Shown piece after piece: positions 40,401-52,133 of a DNA stretch of 64,000 nucleotides. This stretch comes from Balanoglossus misakiensis. Taxonomy: Eukaryota > Animalia > Hemichordata. Location of the stretch: contig CM082595.2 of assembly GCA_040954595.2 (NCBI GenBank), forward strand, positions 3,891,943 through 3,955,942, in the 5' to 3' direction. Positions within the stretch are counted from its first letter, which is position 1. The number at the start of each line of letters is the position of its first letter. The position numbers were made by a program, and so were the translations under genes. A model generated the notes under the pieces. The model worked only from the letters and a program-made list of their open reading frames with translations. It did not search any database and was not told the DNA's origin.

Positions 40401-40914
40401 CTTTCTGTCTTTCATTCCAGGTACAGCAATGACAGCAGTGATTGTGGCGTGTGTTGGATTCCTGGTTTTCATGATCGTTCTTGGAATATTCCGCATCCGG
40501 GCTGCCCACCGCCGCGCCCAAGTTGGTGATGACAGACAAGAAATGGCATGGGATGACGATGCTCTTACCATTACCGTCAACCCTATGCAGGTACAGGTAC
40601 AGAAAATAATTTTTTTGAAAATAGTCGTTGTGTTGTTAGTCTTGAGAAATTTGTGAAGGCCAAGTCACTTAAGGTGTACTGTTTTTCTCACAATTTATCG
40701 TACTGTTGTACCCTTTCTGGAAGTTCATCGTTTTTTTTTTTGATCACAGGGCATGGAATACGATGACCAAGAATTCCACCCACAGGACGACAGCGATTCC
40801 AGCGACGACGATGATGACAGCAGTTGCCACGACGACATGGACAGCTCAGAGGATGACGAGGAGCCCAGTAAAGAACACCAACTTGAGTGGGATGATTCAA
40901 CATTAACATTCTAA
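22413..40914 (+). CDS. CLSTN1: Calsyntenin (alcadein), 15 exons, ~926 aa: signal peptide, 2 cadherin repeats, LNS/LamG domain, TM, acidic tail
   Basis: Exons 22413-22491, 30664-30961, 33500-33711, 34004-34150, 34522-34716, 36726-36980, 37268-37552, 37954-38150, 38474-38586, 38833-39047, 39439-39588, 39740-39885, 40101-40254, 40421-40590, 40750-40914 (2781 nt, frame intact). Hallmarks: [64 protein letters not shown], and W-acidic motifs [15 protein letters not shown] and LEWDDSTL. Probably co-orthologous to CLSTN1/2/3. Confidence 0.96.
23885..23954. repeat. Small inverted-repeat element
   Basis: 13-bp arms GGTGATCTCTGAC ... GTCAGAGATCACC. Confidence 0.6.
25911..26363. mobile_element. Non-autonomous element: 15-bp subterminal inverted repeats plus ~127-bp terminal palindrome
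   Basis: TATTATTATACATCT (25911-25925) pairs with AGATGTATAATAATA (26221-26235). A foldback follows: AGGTTATTACGAAAATACCGCAAAGTATGCAC...GTGCATACTTTGCGGTATTTTCGTAATAACCT. The interior is CpG-rich. Confidence 0.75.
28816..28863. repeat. Perfect 19-bp hairpin with 10-nt loop
   Basis: GAATGAGAAAATCCAAGAT-ggctatctgt-ATCTTGGATTTTCTCATTC. Confidence 0.8.
31291..31376. mobile_element. Short dispersed MITE with CCC...GGG ends (piggyBac-like); related copies at ~19157-19220 and ~42859-42962
   Basis: Shared core close to TCACCACCATGGTTTGGTCCAAATCCATTG. Ends aa|CCCCTTCACC ... GGTGAAAGGG|tt. Confidence 0.65.
34253..34460 (+). repeat. Compound microsatellite (CATC)n(CATT)n(CATC)n(TACA)n
   Basis: Seen directly in calsyntenin intron 4. 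Confidence 0.95.
39075..39278. mobile_element. MITE with ~36-bp perfect TIRs and internal telomere-like TTAGGG/CCCTAA tracts
   Basis: TAGGATCTGGTTCACTTAGTGGACACGACTATACCCC ... GGGGTATAGTCGTGTCCACTAAGTGAACCAGATCCTA in calsyntenin intron 10. Confidence 0.85.
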
Positions 40915-43900
40915 GGAGCCTGAGTGGAGGACCCCCTAAGAACTTTTCATTTTGCAAATGCTTCCGAAGACCACAAATAAGAATGTTTTGGTCATCGGAT
41001 TATGTTTTCTGAAAAGATGTCTTTTACCGCTGGACTGAGGGGGTCCTGTATTTTTGTTGAGATTTTGCTGCCAGAACTGGAATCGCTACAAAGTTCAGAA
41101 AAAACAAAACAACAATCATTTTGCTGACAAAGCTAGACTTATTACCATCACAGATAATACCTATTTAATAGGAAAATAAGCACTTTCCAAGATCAAATAT
41201 TTTACATTTACATTCAGGAAAAAAAAACATAACCAGTGATTACTGACTGTGTAGAAAGAAGATAGATATATACAGGAAAAAAGTAGAGTGTACAAAGCAG
41301 AAATGTATTCCACGCAGAGAATTTTGTGTATCTATCCCTACTTTAACACACATTGCCAGCATTTTACCCGAAAAAAAATAAAAACAAATTTTGATAACAA
41401 TCTGGTGGAATTATTAAAAATTATTTCTCTGTAAAATTTTGGAGGTTTAGGTTAGATATTTCAGCTGTGGGGGTAAGTTTTTGTGGATCAAAGTGAGAAT
41501 TCCAAATCTTGATGATAATTCTTCTTTTTCAACAGAAGTTCAGAATGATGATGTCGATAGCAGTTCTTCATAACTGAGTATAATAAGCATTAACAACCTC
41601 ACAGTGTGAAACTGGTCCGTGTATTCTGTGCATATAAAGATGACATTTTTCAATAATGTTTTGAAGGGGGGTTGGAATTGGAGAAGATTTCAATAGATTT
41701 AAAAAATTTCATGGATGTGTGATACACAGAGCACTTGAATGTGTAAAATTTACGCATATTGCAGGATTTGATGATGTTTAAATTTGGAAAATATGTTGAT
41801 TTTAACTTGTGATTTAAAATTATAATTTGTAACCAGTTTTAAAACCCTCACTTGAAATTATTGTCCACATTCTGTGCTCTGTTTATCGCAACATAAAAAT
41901 GGAATGCACAATTTGTATCATATTACTATATCAATTCCTTATTCCTAACGTGTCCACCCCTGCTTTCAAGAGTAGCCCGGTCCGACGTCCATCCTGGGAG
42001 AGGGTGGGTCAGACCATTACACTCGGAAAGGGGTGAACAGGTTAATTTTTGAGGGGTAGTAGGAAGTGTATGTATAGACAAAGATTTCTCTTACTCTGCG
42101 AGTTGATTGGCGTATGATTTTTATGAAAGTGAGCAGATGTTAACGATATTTTTATCATAAATAATATTTCCAACACAGGTTATTGTTTATAATAGTCTGT
42201 CAAATAGAATTGCTGTTTTTATTACATGGTAGACATAGAAATGACTGATTATTACAGAAAAGTATAAACTTTTCCTTTTGGACTTTGATCATGTCAGTAT
42301 ATGATTTTCTCGATGGTTTATTATTATTCTTATTATTGGAAAAAGTACACCCTTGTTAAACTTGTAGCTGATTTTCAAAAGACACTTTAGTTATTGCTGT
42401 GGTTTTTGTGAACCCAAAATGATTGCTTTCCAAGACATGCAAACCTTCTTCTGTCATCATTTTCAAGTGATCGTTCAACTATCATAGATTTGCCTGGTTG
42501 AATATGTCAAAGTGAGAAAAAAATCGTCCTGGATTCTGTCGCGCACTGTGTCTTAAAGTATATTTACCGATTTTCTCGATGGCCGTGAGTTCATTATTTT
42601 TGTTAGTGTGCTGGTAGATTCTCAATCACAGCAAGGTTAGGGGGGCTTTATATTGAAGTTTTTTTTTTTCGTATACGCATAAATTGTAGCCAAGTAGACA
42701 CTGGATTTTTTCGTTTTCCTTTATTTTTGTGTCACTCTGTCCTGTATGAGTAAATAATCACTTGTAATTAACCCTTACAATTGTGTCGCGTCTATTTTGT
42801 TATTTCCTTTTTTGATGAGTTTGAACTCTTGAGCAGTCAACCAAACTACATGTATCCACCCTTTCACCACCGTGGTTTGGTCCAAACCCATGGCATTGTT
42901 TTCTATGGTAAGGGTGGATCTATTGTGATGAAACTCGGGGGGGGGGGGGGGTGGTGACAGGGCTGAATTTGTTCACCATAAAGAAAACCAATTCTTGCTC
43001 CTCTTGGCCATGTTTACCACTTCCTGTTACTAGAGTTCAATCTTATGTAAGTGTACAATAAACACTCAATTGATGATTCAGAGAAATAATGTAATGTAAT
43101 GAAAGGTTATTTTCAAGAAGTTCATGATCTCCTGATTCCAAAATATTAGGGAAATATGTCAGGAAAAAAGCCTTATAAAATTTGAATCTCGGGAGAATTT
43201 CCAGCAAGAATAGTGACCAATAGAGGGCGCTTTTATCCAAAATGATGCCAGATCACTGCAAAAGTTGCAAATATCACCAAAATTGTACTACCAGTATGTG
43301 TAGCAGGTTAATAATAATTAATGATATTTTCCAGGCAACAGTTAAATCAATTAGTTTTATTGTAGCATATGAATATTTTTTCTTGGTTGGATTATTGGAG
43401 TAATTGCAGGAGCTCTCATAAGAAATGCATGTCCCTGATTGGCTGTCTCCTGAGGAACACAGCTGGAATGCTGGCTCTCGATTAGCATACATCTATGCAA
43501 ATCACAATCTTCAGTATTCCTATCAGCAGTCTGTGAATGGTCAGTCTGTCAAAACAAAATTTGTTTAACAATAGAAGACCAACAGATTATGCATAAGTCA
43601 GAGCATGCAGAGAGGTGGTGTGATAGCAGGGAAAATTTTCATGTCCATGTTTTCCCAGTACAAAACCTCAATTTTACCTTCCAAATTTCCACACCAGGAT
43701 TTGCTGTTCGCTGGAAATTACTACATTGTTTTGAGGTAAGTCATGGCTTTATTTTTTCCTCTGTGAACAGTCATTTCAGTCTGCAAGTCCAGTAGAATTG
43801 TCTAGAATCATGCAAGTACATCACATGCATTGGGGGGGGGGGGGACTTTCATTCAAGCACATGGTTTTTGAACCCTTTGTCTAACTTTGAGTCCTCAATT

Positions 43901-45131
43901 TCAAAACTGGCTTGTTTTATGCTTCTCTAAATTCACAAAAGCAACTTGTGAGAATTTCATTTCTGTCATTTGATTGTTGTAATTGTATTTGTCAATCTGA
44001 AACTTGTTTTTCTTGTTATTTATTCAGAACAACATTGTGGATGCAACACTTCACCAAGCCCCAACATGGTGGTCTTCAATGGAGCAGTGCAGTGAAGGTA
44101 CGTCACTCATTTCATTTACTCAATAGGATGCGTGTACTTTATTGGATGTGTCTGGGCATTGCCAAGTTTAGTAGTGTTAGCAAAATACAGGTTCCCCCCC
44201 CCCTCCCCTGTCAAATAGTCCAAACAGTCTTTTATTTGAGTGAATTACTGATCTCTGGTAGCTGTTGCGAGGTTGTCTGGATAGCCATATGAAGTAACAG
44301 TGGTCATCTTATTGGATGATCCCCAGAGATTCATGTAGTATAATCTGCTAAACATATAGCAATATTTCTGCAGTTTCTGTCAGGAGAGTCGCACAAAACT
44401 GTTTAATTTAAAGTTCAATATCTGACTACTTTAATGTTCCTTTGTAGCATTAACGCAAATTTTGGCGGCCATTTTGAAATTCAAATTTGAGAATGTTTCT
44501 CAGTAAATTTTGGCGGCCATTTTGAAATTCAAATTTGAGAGTGTTTCTAGTTAAAAAATTTGCAGTATTCCTCACTTTATTCAAATCTGAAATTGCCTTT
44601 AGCATGTTTCTCAGTAAATTTTGGCGGCCATTTTGAAAGTGTTTCTAGTTAAAAAATTTGCAGTATTCCTCACTGAAATTGCCTTTAGCATGTTCCGAGT
44701 CAGGTACTTCTATAAGGGATGTTAATTTCCAGTCAATTCAGAAGACTTTGATCCAGTTCCTAAAATAGCATAATGCAATTTCATTGCATTTTAGATAAAA
44801 ATCACAGCTAGTGTTCGTAATGAATGTCAGGGTCACCACAAAGACAGAACAGACTATTTCTCTCGAATAACGCAATTCTTTTATTTACTTTATTAAATAA
44901 GCGGACAAGTTTGAAATGCTCTGACAATAATAGAAATAGGCAGTCTAGAATGTGTGCATGTATAACTGTCAATAGTTTTAAAACTTAGGAATATTGTACG
45001 ATTGATAGATTCCAAAACTGCATTAAATCTTAATTGATGTGTACAACCGAGTCCATGGCAACCTCCCTGCACCTAAGGACGAAAATAAAATAAGATTAGG
45101 AGAATAACTTAGCAATGTAATTGTGTGTGTG

Positions 45132-45308
45132 TCTTACTTCGATTGAGCTAAGTTAAATTTTTTTTTACAAGTGCATTACGGGCATCCTAATCTATGCATG
45201 ATCTTTTCTAATGCAAAAATGTTTTGCATCTGAAAAGATCTTGCATAGATTATGATGCCCATAATGCACTTGTAAAAAAAAATTTAACTTAGCTCAACCG
45301 AAGTAAGA
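45132..45308. repeat. ~177-bp foldback palindrome
   Basis: TCTTACTTCGATTGAGCTAAGTTAAATTTTTTTTTACAAGTGCATTA... mirrored by ...TAATGCACTTGTAAAAAAAAATTTAACTTAGCTCAACCGAAGTAAGA. Confidence 0.85.
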
Positions 45309-45734
45309 GTTGTGCTAGAGATTTATTAGTCTCCGCTGTACACTCATGGGGAGGTTAGGGTGGGGGCTAGGGATGGCATATAAAAAGCCAAAAAAAAAAA
45401 CTAAGTCAGAAACGCTAAAAATTTGAAATTTGTCTATACCTCCACGTTGGGGCATATACAAGTTTCAAAAATTTTCTAAGTTTTCTTTGACTTAGAAAAT
45501 TTTTGAAACTTGTGTATGCCCCCTACATAACTTGCATTTTCTAACACTTGCCTTGTCTTTTCAGATCCCGGCTGGACTCCACTTCTTTCGATTGGTCATC
45601 AACCATTCAACAGATAGACCTGAAACGACAAGTGAATACGAGTTAAATTTCAATATGAAATATGAAATATGAAAATGAAATAAAATACAATAAATTTCAA
45701 TCCTTGGTGTCTGCTTTTTTGTAAAAAAAAAAAA

Positions 45735-46385
45735 ACACTTAGAAATTTTTCAGGCTTTACTCTATACTTATTAAAAACACTTAGAAATTTTTCAGGCTTC
45801 ACTCTATACTTATTAAAAACACTTAGAAATTTTTTCAGGCTTCACTCTATACTTAAACATTAAAAACACTTAGAAAATTTTTAGGCTTCACTCTATACTT
45901 ATTAAAAACACTTAGAAATTTTTCAGGCTTCACTCTATACTTAAACATTAAAAACACTTAGAAATTTTTCGGGCTTCACTCTATACTTAAACATTAAAAA
46001 CACTTAGAATTTTTTCGGGCTTCACTCTATACTTAAACATTAAAAACACTTAGAATTTTTTCGGGCTTCACTCTATACTTAAACATTAAAAACACTTAGA
46101 AATTTTTCAGGCTTCACTCTATACTTAAACATTAAAAACACTTAGAAATTTTTCAGGCTTCACTCTATACTTAAACATTAAAAACACTTAGAAATTTTTC
46201 AGGCTTTACTCTATGCTTTCACATTAGGAAAAACACTTAGAATTTTTTCGGGCTTCACTCTATACTTAAACATTAAAAACACTTCGAATTTTTTCAGGCT
46301 TCACTCTATACTTAAACATTAAAAACACTTAGAAATTTTTCAGGCTTTACACTATGCTTTCACATTAAGAAAACAACTTAGAAAA
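45735..46385 (+). repeat. Minisatellite, ~46-bp unit (42-bp variants), ~14 copies
   Basis: Unit AAAAACACTTAGAAATTTTTCAGGCTTCACTCTATACTTAAACATT. Confidence 0.95.
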
Positions 46386-46847
46386 TGTTTGAAACTTGTG
46401 TATGCCCCCCTCTTAAATTGCATTTTCTCACACTTGCCTTGTCTTTTCAGATCCCAGCTGGACTCCACTTCTTTCGATTGGTCATCAACCATTCAACAGA
46501 TGGACCTGAAACGACAAGTGAAATTTCAACACTTTGGTTTTGTCATGATTTTACGGAAAATGAAATAAAATACAATAAAATGAATTCAATCTTTGGTGTA
46601 TGCTTATTTATAAAATAAAAAAAACTTAGAAATTTTTCAGGCGTTTACTCAATACTTTCACATTAATGAAATAAAGGGAGTGTGTGTGTCAAATTGAGAT
46701 TGATTGGGTCTTACCTTAAGCAGTACTCTTAGATTCTTCAAACCGGCATTGAGAAGATTTCACCTTGACTTTAACTCACTGCAATGCAAAGAACAAAATC
46801 AGGGTAAGTTTAACAACAATATTAATTACACAAAAAGACTGAAAACA

Positions 46848-49800
46848 GTCAAGAATTTGACAACTTCCATGAGCTATAACCCATGAAAAGTGTCCTGAAA
46901 TGACAAAATCACCAATGTTTGCAAAGTCAAGAATTTGTCATTTTGTGACATTTTCATGAGCTATAACCCATAAAAATGTCCTGAAATGACAAAATCACCA
47001 AAGTTTGAAAAGTCAAGAATTCGTCATTTTGTGACATTTTCATGAGCAATAACCAATGAAAAATGTCCCAAAATGACAAAGTCACCAAAGTTTGCGTAGT
47101 CAAGAATTTGCCATTTTTGACGATTTTCATGAGCTATAACCCATGAAAAATGTCATAATCACAAGAGTTTGCTAAGTCAAGAATTTGCCATTTGTGACAA
47201 TTTTCATGAGCCATAACCCATGAAAAATGTCCCAGAGTGACAAAATCACCAAAGTTTGCAAAGTCGAGAATTTGCCATCTCTTGACAATTTCCATGAGCT
47301 ACAACCCATGAAGTGTCCCAGAATGACATAATCACCAAAGTTTGCATAGTCGAGAATTTGTCATCTCTTGACAATTTCCATGAGCTATAGCCCATGAAAA
47401 GTGTCCCAGAATGACATAATCACCAAAGTTTGCAAAGTCGAGAATTTGTCATTTTGTGACATTTTCATGAACTATAGCCCATGAAAAGTGTCCCAGAATG
47501 ACAAAATCACCAAAGTTGGCAAAGTCAAGAATTTGCCATTTGTGACGATTTTCATGAGCTATAACCCATGAAAAATGTCCCAAAATGACAAAATCATCAA
47601 AGTTTGCAAAGTTGAGAATTTGCCATTTGTGACGATTTTCATGAGCTATAACCCATGAAAAATTTCCCAAAAGGACAAAATCATCAAAGTTTGCAAAGTC
47701 GAGAATTTGCCATTTGTGACGATTTTCATGAGCTATAACCCATGAAAAATGTTCCAGAGTGACAAAATCACCAAAGTTTGCAAAGTCAAGAATTTGTCAT
47801 CTCTTGACAATTTCCATGAGCTATAACCCATGAAAAATGTCCTGAAATGACAAAATCATCAAAGTTTGCAAAGTCGAGAATTGGTCATTTTGTGACATTT
47901 CCATGAGCTATAGCCCATGAAAAATGTCCCCGAATGACAAAATTACCAAAGTTTGCAAAGTTGAGAATTTGTCATCTCTTGACAATTTCCATAAGCTATA
48001 GCCCATGAAAAGTGTCCCAGAATGACAAAATCATCAAAGTTTGCAAAGTCGAGAATTTGTCATTTTGTGACATTTTCATGAGCTATAACCCATGAAAAGT
48101 GTCCCAGAATGACAAAATCGCCAAAGTTTGCAAACTCGAGAATTTGTCCTTTTTGACAATTTCCATGAGCTATAACCCATGAAAAGTGTCCCAGAATGAC
48201 AAAATCACCAAAGTTTGCAAAGTTGAGAATTTGTCATTTTTGACAATTTCCATGAGCTATAGCCCATGAAAAGTGTCCCAGAAAGACAAAATCATCAAAG
48301 TTTGCAAAGTCGAGAATTTGTCATCTCTTGACAATTTCCATGAGCTATAACCCATGAAAAGTGTCACAGAATGACAAAATCACCAAAGTTTGCAAACTCA
48401 AGAATTTGCCATTTGTGACGATTTTCATGAGCTATAACCCATGAAAAATGTCCCAAAATGACAAAATTACCATAGTTGGCAAGACAAGAATTTGCCATTT
48501 TTGACGATTTACATGAGCTATAACCCATGAAAAATGTCCCAAAAGGACAAAATCACCAAAGTTGGCAAAGTCAAGAATTTGCCAGTTTTGACGATTTTCA
48601 TGAGCTATAACCCATGAAAAATGTCCAAAAACGACAAAATCACCAAAGTTGGCAAAGTCAAGAATTTGCCAGTTTTGACAATTTTCATGAGCTATAACCC
48701 ATGAAAAATGTCCTAAAAGGACAAAGTCACCAAAGTTGGCAAAGTCAAGAATTTGCCATTTTTGACGATTTTCATGAGCTATAGCCCATGAAAAGTGTCC
48801 CAGAATGACAAAATTATCAAAGTTTGCAAAGTCGAGAATTTGCCAGTTTAGACGATTTTCATGAGCTATAACACATGAAAAATCACCAAAGTTGGCAAAG
48901 TCAAGAATTAGCCAGTTTTGACGATTTTCATGAGCTATAACCCATGAAAAGTGTCCCAGAAAGACAAAATCACCAAAGTTTGCAAACTCGAGAATTTGTC
49001 ATTTTTGACAATTTCCATGAGCTATAACCCATGGAAAATGTCCCAAAATGACAAAATTACCATAGTTGGCAAAGACAACAATTTGCCATTTTTGACGATT
49101 TTCATGAGCTATAACCCATGAAAAATGTCCCAAAAGGACAAAATCACCAAAGTTGGCAAACTCAAGAATTTGCCAGTTTTGACGATTTTCATGAGCTATA
49201 ACCCATGAAAAATGTCCAAAAACGACAAAATCACCAAAGTTGGCAAAGTCAAGAATTTGCCAGTTTTGACGATTTTCATGAGCTATAACCCATGAAAAAT
49301 GTCCCAAAAGGACAAAGTCACCAAAGTTGGCAAAGTCAAGAATTTGCCATTTTTGACGATTTTCATGAGCTATAACCCATGAAAAATGTCCCAAAAGGAC
49401 AAAGTCACCAAAGTTGGCAAAGACAAGAATTTGCCATTTTTGACGATTTTTATGAGCTATAACCCATGAAAAATGTCCCAAAAGGACAAAGTCACCAAAG
49501 TTGGCAAAGACAAGAATTTGCCATTTTTGACGATTTTCATGAGCTATAACCCATGAAAAATGTCCCAAAAGGACAAAGTCACCAAAGTTGGCAAAGACAA
49601 GAATTTGCCATTTTTGACGATTTTCATGAGCTATAACCCATGAAAAATGTCCAAAAACGACAAAATCACCAAAGTTGGCAAAGTCAAGAATTTGCCAGTT
49701 TTGACGATTTTCATGAGCTTTAACCCACGAAAAATGTCCCAAAATGACAAAATCACCAAAGTTGGCAAAGTCAAGAATTTGCCAGTTTAGACGATTTTCA

Positions 49801-50564
49801 TGAGCTATAACCCATGAAAAATCACCAAAGTTGGCAAAGTCAAGAATTTGCCAGTTTAGACGATTTTCGTGAGCTATAACCCATGAAAAATCACCAAAGT
49901 TGGCAAAGTCAAGAATTTGCCAGTTTTGACGATTTTCATGAGCTATAACCCATGAAAAATGTCCCAAAATGACAAAGTCACCAAAGTTGGCAAAGTCAAG
50001 AATTTGCCAGTTTTGACGATTTCCATGAGCTATAACCCATGAAAAGTGTCCCAGAATGACAAAATCACCAAAGTTGGCAAAGTTGAGAATTTGTCATTTT
50101 TGACAATTTCCATGAGCTATAGCCCATGAAGTGTCCCAAAAGACAAAATCATCAAAGTTTGCAAAGTCGAGAATTTGTCATCTCTTGACAATTTCCATGA
50201 GCTATAACCCATGAAAAGTGTCCCAGAAAGACAAAATCATCAAAGTTTGCAAAGTCGAGAATTTGTCATCTCTTGACAATTTCCATGAGCTATAACCCAT
50301 GAAAAGTGTCCCAGAATGACAAAATTACCAAAGTTTGCAAAGTTGAGAATTTGTCATCTCTTGACAATTTCCATCAGCTATAACCCATGAAAAGTGTCCC
50401 AGAATGACAAAATCATCAAAGTTTGCAAAGTCGAGAATTTGTCATTTTGTGACATTTTCATGAGCTATAACCCATGAAAAGTGTCCCAGAATGACAAAAT
50501 CACCAAAGTTTGCAAAGTCGAGAATTTGTCATTTTGTGACATTTTTATGAGCTATAACCCATGA
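46848..50564 (+). repeat. Satellite array, 87-bp monomer (69-bp deletion variants), ~43 copies
   Basis: Monomer close to ATGAGCTATAACCCATGAAAAATGTCCCAAAATGACAAAATCACCAAAGTTGGCAAAGTCAAGAATTTGCCATTTTTGACGATTTTC. It produces the 29-aa periodic ORF at 48999-49967. Confidence 0.97.
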
Positions 50565-50845
50565 ATAAGATGAATGGAGATGAATGCTACAAAACACAAT
50601 ACTCACCATTGATTTGGCAGGAAGAGAATCTTCATTGCTTTCAACTGTTCTGCTCTGTTTATCCTCAAGTAGTTTGGCTGTGTCTTTCTGTTTTTGTCTC
50701 TGTGTGATGTTTTGATGAACAGTTCTTCACTTCCTAAGTAAATCTTCTGATTTAACTATAAGAATAGCAATAGTAAATTAAATTAATTAATTAATTGAAC
50801 GAATGACTGAATGAATGACTGAATGACTGAATAAACTGGGCTTAT

Positions 50846-51318
50846 GGAACAGGATCCTAAACTCTACCTTATGGAAAAGTACACGTGTTTCCTACGAGCG
50901 CCGCCATATTAGTTTGGTACTCGACTTCAAAATTTAAGTGACCCCCCCCCCTGGATTTTGCCCCCAACCCCCCACCCCCCCTCCACGTAAAATCTGAACG
51001 GTTCCTTATTACGCGAAACCAATGCTGTAGTCAGCAGTGTTCACAATTCCTACTCAGATGCATTTCGACCACAAGGCGAACAAAGACAGTCCTTTAAAGC
51101 ATACTCGTAAAGATAAGAATGGAATAGGATCCTATACTCTACCTTATGGAAAAGTACATGTGTTTCCTACGGGCGCCGCCATATTGGTTTGGTACTCGAC
51201 TGTAGTAACCGTGGCGATCCGAATCCAATGCTGTAGTCAGCAGTGTTCGCAATTCCTACTCATGCAGTACTCACAAATCCTACTCGGATGCACTTCGACC
51301 ACAAGGCGAACAAAGACG
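50846..51318. repeat. Local tandem duplication of two modules (~80 bp and ~70-90 bp)
   Basis: GGA.AGGATCCTA.ACTCTACCTTATGGAAAAGTAC...GGTACTCGACT at 50846 and 51121; CCAATGCTGTAGTCAGCAGTGTTC...CACAAGGCGAACAAAGAC at 51019 and 51226. Confidence 0.85.
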
Positions 51319-51686
51319 GAAATTCAGTTGGGAAACGAGCGTTTAAACGCGTTTCAGGTCCAAAGCGCACCACGATGATATCGACACAAGGCAGACGCCA
51401 TCTTGAAACACGCCACCTAGCGGGTGATTTATAAAATCTTTCGAAGTAACAGTGTACAATGCAAGCAGTGCGTGCGTGCGTGCAAATGTGCGCACATACA
51501 TACAGAGTATGATATAAAATATTGCATTCAAAACATGCAATCATTTTTTATGCCCATAAGTCGAACGGGTGTAACCATAGACCTCGGGTCTTACTCTAAA
51601 ATTATAATGATGATACGCGCTGGCTGGCGCACCTTTTCTGCGAGCCCACCACATGAAGAAGTGAAAACTGCGTCGGTTTGATCTCC

Positions 51687-51910
51687 GTTTTCCATGGTAA
51701 CCGCTGATAAATTTGCATAGGCGACCATTTACCTATAAAAATCTCGCGTAGTTACCCCGGTGTGTATTCTTCGTCAGAATTGTGCTGTCAACTGAGAGAA
51801 CTGCTTAGACTCGAACTTTTGAGAGCTGCTATATTTTCGGCAGTGAGCTCATGAAAATTTCATCAAATTGCTGATTTGTTCTATTGGACGCACATTCGTG
51901 GATATACCAG
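51687..51910 (+). promoter_or_regulatory. GPCR promoter and non-coding first exon
   Basis: X-box-like TTTTCCATGGTAAC (51688-51701), octamer ATTTGCAT (51711-51718), TATAAAA (51734-51740). Donor CAG|GTAAG at 51911, and an acceptor at 52117 just before the ATG. Confidence 0.55.
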
Positions 51911-52133
51911 GTAAGAACTTGCTATAAAAATGGTAGCTTTATCTTGTTTTACATTTTTTCAACAGTGTGGTTTAAAATCAAAATGAACTTTTACAACGAT
52001 ACTTACCGACAGGTGACCACAAGAAAATATTTTTTCAACGCCACAGCCATTGTCCCTGTAAAAGACGCATTGTCTGTATCAACTGTATCTGAAAGCAATT
52101 TTGCATTTTGTGGACAGGATTTCAATACAGACT

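Larger units (their letters stand above)
45552..51182 (-). pseudogene. Candidate spliced non-coding transcript or decayed gene, with the satellites in its introns
   Basis: Segments bounded by strong splice signals: 51182-51143 (duplicate 50907-50868, donor gtagag), 50755-50607 (tag/gtgagt), 46778-46715 (cag/gtaaga), 46505-46438 and duplicate 45619-45552 (cag/gcaagt). The frame from the ATG contains stops. Confidence 0.4.

Noticed and set aside
48999-49967. 322-aa ORF of 29-aa repeats (GHFSWVIAHENRQKWQIL...)
   Set aside because: By-product of an 87-bp stop-free satellite monomer. It has a non-ATG start and neighbouring copies are frameshifted.
45735-50564. CRISPR-like periodicity
   Set aside because: Head-to-tail units with no unique spacers, no cas genes, and a eukaryotic context
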